From contig NC_042999.1 of assembly GCF_006345805.1 (NCBI RefSeq), positions 23,870,001 to 23,934,000 of the forward strand: 64,000 nt of DNA, in the 5' to 3' direction. Positions 55,208-64,000 of this stretch are shown here, piece by piece; position 1 is the first letter of the stretch; each line of letters begins with the position of its first letter. Below the pieces are notes generated by a model that did no database searches, was not told where the DNA came from, and saw only the letters and a program-made list of their open reading frames with translations. Position numbers and translations under genes: made by a program. The stretch is from Octopus sinensis (lineage: Eukaryota).

Positions 55208-55307
55208 NNNNNNNNNNNNNNNNNNNNNNNNNNNNNNNNNNNNNNNNNNNNNNNNNNNNNNNNNNNNNNNNNNNNNNNNNNNNNNNNNNNNNNNNNNNNN
55301 NNNNNNN
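55208..55307. other. Assembly gap (100 N, true size unknown)
   Basis: Run of N in the sequence. Confidence 1.
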
Positions 55308-56229
55308 GACAGACGAAATACCTATTCTTTACTACCCACAACGAGCTAAACACAGAGGGGACAAACAACGAATTAAGTCGATTAGATCGACCCCAGTGCG
55401 TAACTGGTACTTAATTATCGACCCCGAATGGATGAAAGGCAAAGTCGACTTGGCGGAATTTGAATCAGAACGAGCGCAGACGAAATACTGCTAAGCATTT
55501 CGCCCGGCGTGCTAACGATTCTGCTAGTTCCCGCGCCTTCACGCACGCGTCATATTTACAGTTTATTTATTATTCAAGTAACAGTGAATGACTGCGGCTG
55601 GAGCACTGGCCTGCCTTGATGGATTTAATCAACAATTCACACTCGGTACTTATTTTTTATATCTGGCAGTAATTCGTCGGTTACCTTTTCCCGGAACGCT
55701 AAGATACGGAATGGAAGCAAACCAATGCCGGATGTCAAACGATGATAGGGACAAACACGAACGTATGCACACAAATTATAGTAATAACAATTTTATATAT
55801 GTATATAGTAAAAATAATCCTTTCTACAGGAAGCTCAAATTTTGGGGAAGGGATTAAGTCAATTATATCGGCCTCAGTATGTAACTGGTACTAATTTTAT
55901 CAACCCTAAAAGGATGAAAGGCAAATTCGACCTCGGCGGAATTTGAACTCAGAACGTCTTTAAGGCGGACGAAATGCCGCTAAGCATTTCGCCCAGTGTG
56001 CTAACGATTCTGCCAGCTCGCCGCCATATATATATAGTAATAATAATAACAACGCTCCTTGGATGGAATTTATTATTATTATTACTATATTTAGCCTACA
56101 TTATATCAGTAAAGCTCGATACAACTCCAAATACTGGTTCACCAGTCAGCATCATTAGACTGTGGTCGGCACAAAAGAATAGGAGCATTCGTTTTTGAAT
56201 AGTTAAAACGTTTCTCGTAAACAAGTTTC

Positions 56230-56406
56230 CCAGATATATATATCTGTCTTCCCATCCCTGGATCTTTCCTTCGATGTTTCCGACGAAGAGCTCCGCTCGA
56301 AACGTTAAACCCTCCTTCTTTCCTTCTTTCCTGAGCGTCCAATAATACTATATTTGTTCCACGTCCTCGCGTTGTTGTGTTTTTTTGTGCTTTCTTGTTT
56401 GGATTA

Positions 56407-56441
<35 letters not shown>

Positions 56442-56640
56442 CCTCGTGTGTACCGTTGGCGATTTTTTTTCTCTGTCTTCCCTTCTCTGGATCTTTCCTT
56501 CTCCTATGTTTCCGACAAGAGCTTCGCTCGAAACATTAAACCTCCTTCTTTCCTTCTTTCCTGAGCGTCCAATAATACTATATTTTGTCCACGTCCTCGC
56601 GTTGTTGTTGTTTTTTTTTGTGCTTTCTTGTTTGGATTAA
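56230..56640 (+). repeat. Two tandem copies of a Penelope-like terminal unit (about 190 bp) separated by (TA)n
   Basis: 56240-56410 is repeated at about 56473-56645; each carries a gaagagc..gctcgaaac motif. Confidence 0.6.
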
Positions 56641-56652
56641 CTTTATATATAT

Positions 56653-56696
<44 letters not shown>

Positions 56697-57165
56697 CTCG
56701 GTCTGTTAACGGCTAGGCGTTCAGACGAGTATATACTGGTATTGATGTAGCCACATTTGAAATTTTATCTAGGTGAATCTATCCGATGAGAGAACTAATG
56801 AAATTTACATTAACGTAATTTGGAAGTTTCGAAACCTCGGTCCAAGATTATCCACATCTGGTTTGTACATTTATTTAAGTTCTTCCAATAGGTAAGATGA
56901 AATTTTTTATGTTCGCCGCCCGCGAACATCTTTCCCAGTATATATACACAGTGAAGCTTTACTATATTATCGACTGTAGCTATTTCCAGTAAATATTGGT
57001 GCATTGTTGTACAACTATCCTATATATATAATATGTATATATATATATGTGTGTGTGTGCGTGTGTGGGTGTGGGTGTGTGTGTGTTTGGGTGTGTGTGT
57101 ATGTGTCATGCATGTATGTATGTGTGTGTGATGTATGTATGGGTGTGTGTGTATATATGTATGTA

Positions 57166-57213
<48 letters not shown>

Positions 57214-57788
57214 ACACACATATTCATATATATGCGTATGCGTCTTTGTGTCCGTTTGTCACCCCTCCACCGCTTTACAAGTAGTGTTGGTGTATCTACG
57301 TCTCCGCAATTTAGCGGTTCGGCCAACAGTTCGATAGAACAAGTACCAGATTTTAGAAAAATGTAGTGGGGTTTATTATTTCGACTAAAAAAAAGAAATT
57401 CTTCTAGGCTGTGCCCCAGCATGGCCGCAATCGAACGACTGAGACAAGTAAAAGATAAAATATAAAAGATAAAATATAAAATATAAATGTTGTTAAGCAA
57501 TGCTAGGAGGACAAACACAGGCACACAAACATATACACAGACACTTGTATATATACATATATACGACAGGCTTCTTTCAGTTTCCGTCTACCAAATCCAC
57601 TCACAAGGTATTGGTCGGCCCGGGGCTATAGCAGAAGACACTTGCCCAAGATGCCAAGCAGTGGGACTGAACCCGGAACCATGTGGTTGGTTAGCAAGCT
57701 TTATTTAGTTTCAGCTCACAAGGTGTGGCCATGCTGGGGCACCGTCATTTGAAGATATATATATATATAAAATTATAATTGAGGCTTT

Positions 57789-58087
57789 CTAAGAGATACC
57801 GCCACACTGGAAATAAAAGCCAAAACCTGATTCTAAAACCACATTAAATGTTCATACAGCACCAGGAGAGAAGACAAAAAGACAAAATAAACTAGCAAAA
57901 ATACTGGATAATTCCAGATCCCGGATTTCTGGCTCTGCATAAGAAATTCTTTGCCTCTTCAATGGAATATACAAGTTTTGCTAGTTTATTTTGTCTTTTT
58001 GTCTTCTCTCCTGGTGCTGTATGAACATTTAATGTGGTTTTAGAGTCTGGTTTTGACTGCTATTCCCTGCGTGGCGGTATCTCTTAG
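57789..58087. repeat. Foldback inverted repeat with a 69-bp perfect inner arm
   Basis: 57832-57900 is the exact reverse complement of 57976-58044; outer arms are diverged. Confidence 0.92.
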
Positions 58088-58706
58088 ATACCATAAATTA
58101 TAATTTTAATAATAATTATTACCTTTGAAGGGTTTTATTCCATGCTGGCCACTGATAAGGTCGATGTTTAAAATTAACGAATTACCTTATTATATATATA
58201 TATATATATATATAGATAATATTATATATATATATATATAGATATATATATTTATTTATTATTTATATATATATATTTATTATATATATATTTATTTATT
58301 TATATATATATTTATTCATATATATATATATATATTACTTTTATATCTTAATTAAATTTATATTTTTTATTTCATTTTCTAAATAGGTTTTGCCAATTGA
58401 AATATTACTTAATATCAATTACCTGTTAATATGTATAAATTTTAATATGTATCTAAACGAAGTACTGTAGTTAACAGAATCGGCAGAGCAAGAAACCCAA
58501 TGCTTCCGCTATCGCAGATCACATCATTGCAGTATCAAATTGATAATCGATTCCTGACGTGTAAACAATATAATTGCTACACATGTATGGCGAACTAGTA
58601 AACTTGTGGGATTGGTTATTTCCTGGTTTATGTACTGAGTGTAAGGGACCAGAGTTCTAATTTCGCTCACGTAAACTTGGTCTTACATCCTTTCGAGAGT
58701 GGGAGT

Positions 58707-58873
58707 CAGGGCCGGCTCAAGATACCGGCAACTCGGGCAGTCGCTCGGGGTGCTATGTGCCTTTTAGTCTACATTTTCAGTTTTTCTCCTTGTGAAAGTT
58801 TTTAAAAATTATACTTGTTAGGACGCCGAAGTTTAGCTTGCCCGGGGCGCCAGCAACCCTAGGGCTGGCCCTG
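58707..58873. mobile_element. Short hAT-like MITE
   Basis: TIRs cagggccggc / gctggccctg; imperfect 8-bp flanks gtgggagt/ggtggagt. Confidence 0.55.
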
Positions 58874-59301
58874 GGTGGAGTGTTGTTAAAACTTCTCAAA
58901 CCAGAACGGTGGATTGGTAGAACTGTTAGGGTATCAAACGAGATGCCTTGTGGTATTTGTGGTATATGTTTCAACCTCCTTCGTACTTTGGCAGCGAAAC
59001 GTGAAATGACAGTGCTAAAAAGCTGTATCGCCCCAAAAGCAATGGGCCTTCTTTTGGACAACTTCTCCTGGACGGGAGAGACACGCATGCATGGGCAACT
59101 GCCTGTGGCCACACCCAATAAATATTTGCCTCCCAACCACATAGCTCCGGGTATAATCTCATTGCGTGGCACTTTGGGCAAGCATCGGGCCGTGATTTAA
59201 TGGACGGATCTGAAAGAGGCTATCATATTTATATATATATATATAATATATATATATATTATATCTATATATATTATATATATATTATATATATATATTA
59301 T

Positions 59302-59337
<36 letters not shown>

Positions 59338-59528
59338 ATATATATATTAGGCGAACACCTTTTGCCATGTGATCGACTTGAAAAATTATTAAGACACTTG
59401 GATATTTTCACAACAATGGTATCCTTAATTCACAAATAAAGAAATTATATATACATACATACATACATTCATACATACATACATACATACATACATGCAT
59501 ACATATATGTGTGTGTGTGTGTGTGTCG

Positions 59529-59581
<53 letters not shown>

Positions 59582-60648
59582 GAGTGGCTTTGTGTTTGGT
59601 TCTCATGATTGTTTGACAACCGGTGTCAATGTGTTTACGTCCCCGTAAATTAACGTTTCGGCAAGAGACTTTATAAAGTGATAAGAACTGCGGTCAATTC
59701 ATTCGACTAAAAATTCTTCAAGGCGGTGCCCCAGAATGGCCGCGGTTAAATTAAACGAATAAAAGAAAAATGATATGTAAGACAATGATAGTTTAAGACA
59801 TAAGACATAAATAGTATACACAGGGTGCCGGAGCTCCCTATATAACCATTCATAAACTAGGAGCTCCTTAATTAGTCTATACACTATAGATGTGTGGCTC
59901 CACAAGAAATTAATTATTCTGCTCAATGAGTCTTACATATCTTTTATCTTTTACTTGTTTAATTTGTTTGTGGCCATGCTGGGGCACCGTCTTGAAGAAT
60001 TTTTAGTCAAACATATCGACCCCAGTACATTTTTTTTTAATCTCTTGCCGAAATTCTAATTTACAGGAATGTAAACATATTAACATCGGTTGTCGAACGG
60101 TAGTATATGACGCCATCAAATCACGGCCCGAAGCTATCATAGAAGACACTTGCCCAAGGTACTACGCAGTGGGATTTGAACCCGGAACCATGTAGTCGGG
60201 AAGCAAACTTCTTACCACACAGCCACGCCTACGCGAAACATAATGAAATCATACGTGGATGTTCGACAACTCTTACATCTCGGGAACTGTAATAAATCTC
60301 ATGAAGATGTTTTGCACTTAAAACTTTCAAACCAAATGTATGAGTTGAGTAATTCTGTTTAATGCACAATCTATAGTTTTCCCAAACTAAATGAATTTCT
60401 GCGTTGAGATACATATGTATTGTGTTCCGACAATAACTTCAAATTTCTTACTTCTATACAAATCTACACGTTTATTAGTGAGGAAAGTAGGAGTGGCTGT
60501 GTGGTACGTAGCTTGTTTACCAACCACATGGTTCCGTGTTCAGTCCCACTGCGTGGCACCTTGTGCAAGTGTCTTCTTCTATAGCCTCGGGCCGACCAAA
60601 GCCTTGTGAGTGGATTTGGTAGATGGAAACTGAAAGAAGCCTGTTGTA

Positions 60649-60691
<43 letters not shown>

Positions 60692-61171
60692 ATATGTGTG
60701 TGTATCTGTGTTTGTTCCCCCATCCAACATCACTTGACAACCGATGCTGGTGTGTTTCTGTCCCCGTAACTTAGCACTTCGGCAAAAGTGACCGATAGAA
60801 TAAGTACTAAGCTTACAAAGAATAAGTCCTGGGGTCGATTTGCTCGATTAAAGGCGGTGCTCCAGCATGGTCGCAGTCAAATGACTGAAACAAGTAAAAG
60901 AGTAAAAGAGCAAAGAGTATGTCAATTTGCAAAATATTCTCAAATACATTAGAAGGCTCCAGTGAAAAGGCATTAGGATCAGTATCTTCATAATTAAGAG
61001 TAGGCGTGCTTGTGTGATAAGAAGCTTGCACCCAAATCACATGGTTCCAGGTTCAGTCCCACTGCATGGCACCTTGGACGAATCTCTTCTATTTATCCAT
61101 GGGCCGACCAAACCTGGTGAGTGGATTTCGTAGACGGAGACTGAAAGTAGCCCGTATTGTGTGTGTGTGGT

Positions 61172-61257
<86 letters not shown>

Positions 61258-61626
61258 TATGCGTGTGTACCTTTGTGTCTGTGTTTCATAACCAGTGTTG
61301 GTGTCTTTACGTCCAGTAACATAGCGGTTCTGTACAAGGCACCGATAAATTAAGTACCAGACTTAAAAAGTACTGGGGTCGTTTCATTCGACTAGAAAAT
61401 TTATTCAAGGCAGTGCTCCAGCCTGGCCGCAGTCTAATGGCTGCATGAAATATAAGATAAAAAGACCGTCATCGTCATCGATATCAACTCCTGGAAATTA
61501 CAGTTTCGAGTCCCTGGACTTATAGCGACTTACAGACCTGTCAATAGGGTGTAATTAACTGAGATAGCAATTTCTCCTGAACGGGACAACCAGTTCGTAA
61601 AACGTTAGAATAGGGAAAACAAACTG

Positions 61627-62083
61627 GGAATTTTTCGGTTTGACCGGCAGTTTTTTCTAGCGGTGTCATATGAAATTGTCACTCATAATTATGACCCTAG
61701 TATCGATCTATTGCATTTCAATCTGTTTTAGAGTTAGGGTTAGGGTTAGGGTTAGTTAGGGTTAGTCAGGTTTAGTTAGGGTTAGGGATGGGGGGAAGAG
61801 TATCTTTTTTTCTTCACAAATGTAAATAAACCCAATCTGTTTCTTAAACGAGGGACATATTCATACGGACAGAATGTTTTCACCTCAAATAGACGTCATA
61901 ATTGATTGAAATTGCAGAAATTGAAGGAAAAAACAACAAATATCTTACAAACTATAGAATTTTCTCAATAAAGCCAAGAGAAAAAGATGTTTTATGAACA
62001 CATTCTACCAGTATACGAAGTTTAAAAGTGTTTAGTTACGTGGAAATTATTTTTTAAAACTGCCGTTCAAACCGAAAAGATCC
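61627..62083. mobile_element. Telomeric-repeat MITE, copy 4
   Basis: Same TIRs and internal sequence as copy 2; flanked by a 139-bp direct repeat. Confidence 0.85.
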
Positions 62084-62660
62084 CTCCTGGAAACTACAGT
62101 CTCGACTCTCTGGACTTATAGTGACTTACAGACCTTTCAATAGGGTGTAATTAACTGAGATAGCAATTTCTGCTGAACGGGACAACCAGTTCGTAAAACG
62201 CTAGAATAGGGAAAACAAACTGTTTAACAGTTGGCTTCTTAGCACTCACATTTAGAACAAAAGAAATAAAAAAACGAAAGAACGAAAGAAAATTACGGTT
62301 AAATTAACAAGAATGCTGTAACGTCAGTTTATTCGTTGAGAAATGTATTAATGTTTTCTTTTATAAATAAAATAATACATTTTATTGAATCATAAGTGAT
62401 TTTTTTTTATTCTTAATATTTTCAAACGGCTTCAATTCACTAGATTGTAAACTGGAATGAGAATCTGAAAATAGGAAAAGAGAAATATGCCATAAAACAT
62501 AAATTTTAAACAAAAATTCAGCGAATTGAGTACTGACGAGGGATGAGTAGTCTAACCCATTGCGTACGCGGTAGAGTCACCCCTTTTTGCTTTAATTTTT
62601 TGTTATAAGAAGCTTGCTTTCCGACCACATGGTTCCAGGTTCACTCCCAATGCGTGGCAC

Positions 62661-62692
<32 letters not shown>

Positions 62693-62931
62693 CATATATA
62701 ATATATACATATATACATATATATATACATATATACATACATATATATATAATATATATACATATATACATACATATATATATATATACATATATACATA
62801 CATATTATATATATACATATATATATATATATACATATATACATACATATATATATATACATTATACATATATATATATACATATATACATATATACATA
62901 TATACATATATACATATAACATATATACATA

Positions 62932-62964
<33 letters not shown>

Positions 62965-62988
62965 GTATGTATGTATATATATATATGT

Positions 62989-63030
<42 letters not shown>

Positions 63031-63043
63031 TATATATATATGT

Positions 63044-63122
<79 letters not shown>

Positions 63123-63128
63123 ATATAT

Positions 63129-63168
<40 letters not shown>

Positions 63169-63442
63169 ATAATATATATGTGGAGGCGCAATGGCCCAAT
63201 GGTTAGGGCAGCGGACTCGCGGTTTCGATTCCCAGACCGAGCGTTGTGTGTGTTTATTGAGCGAAAACACCCTAAGCTCCACGAGGCTCCGGCAGGGGGT
63301 GGTGATCCCTGCTGTACTCTTTCACCACTCTTCTCTCTTTCTTCTTTCTTGCTGTGGGCCTGCGCTTAGCCAGCGGGGTGACGTCATTCGAAGGCTAAAA
63401 CAATGCGAACGCAACATCTGAAGGTCTGGTCAGTCACGTGAT

Positions 63443-63487
<45 letters not shown>

Positions 63488-64000
63488 TTACAAAAAGAAA
63501 ATAGAAACTACACGTGGTAATGTAAGGGGAAAGTAAGAAAAATAGACGAAAATGCACATTGTAACTAAAAAAAAGTAAAGGTTTTTTATGCAAAGTAACG
63601 AACGATATATACAATTAGATGAACTGAGGTAGGAATAAAAGTAATAAAAGTCATTATTGTGAAATTATTAAAGAGATTCAAGCATACCTATATATGTATT
63701 ATCATAAAATTAGGTGGTGTGAAAGGTGAAGATAGATTTGATACAGCCATTTCGTAAACTTCGTTATGTAGTATTAATGTTGGTATGCAAGCAATCATAT
63801 ACTCTTTTACTCTTTTACTTGTTTCAGTCATTTGATTGCGGCCATGCTGGAGCACCGTCTTTAGTCGAGCAAATCGACCCCGGGACTTATTCTTTGTAAG
63901 CCCAGTACATATTCTGTCGGTCTCTTTTGCCGAACCGCTAAGTGACGGGAACGTAAACACACCAGCATCGGTCGTCAAGCAATGCTAGGGGAACAAACAC

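Noticed and set aside
58777-59200. Overlapping 120-134 aa ORFs
   Set aside because: They run across a MITE and a SINE fragment; no VWD or other motif in any frame.
62380-62464. Strong minus-strand acceptor (tttctcttttcctattttcag) followed by a short frame and AATAAA
   Set aside because: All frames close within 30 codons, with no domain or donor. It could be a terminal exon of another gene, but nothing supports that here.

Overview
AT-rich, repeat-dense animal genomic DNA. The tRNA-derived SINE families and microsatellite load match what I recognise from octopod cephalopods (Octopus); this assignment is inference. Under the repeats I traced by hand a spliced minus-strand gene of 12 internal exons plus a probable terminal exon (51587 to 13729). 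All junctions are GT-AG and the intron phases chain into one open frame of about 990 aa, missing its N-terminus. Domain order: C8, TIL, Cys-rich/EGF-like, VWA, EGF, VWD, C8, TIL, Cys-rich/EGF-like, PAN, PAN, stop. This is a zonadhesin/FCGBP/mucin-type D-assembly scaffold capped by tandem PAN/apple domains. The 3' end of a diverged paralog (the same two PAN exons) lies on the plus strand at 3073-5889, tail-to-tail with it. Introns hold many mobile elements: an RTE LINE with an open RT frame, HERO/NeSL-like and R4/Dong-like relics, three mariners, Helitron-like elements, four copies of a MITE carrying TTAGGG arrays, an (AAT)n-associated non-autonomous retroelement, long palindromes and hammerhead-like motifs. 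There is a 100-N assembly gap at 55208-55307. Nearly all low-complexity ORFs in the supplied track are microsatellite artefacts.
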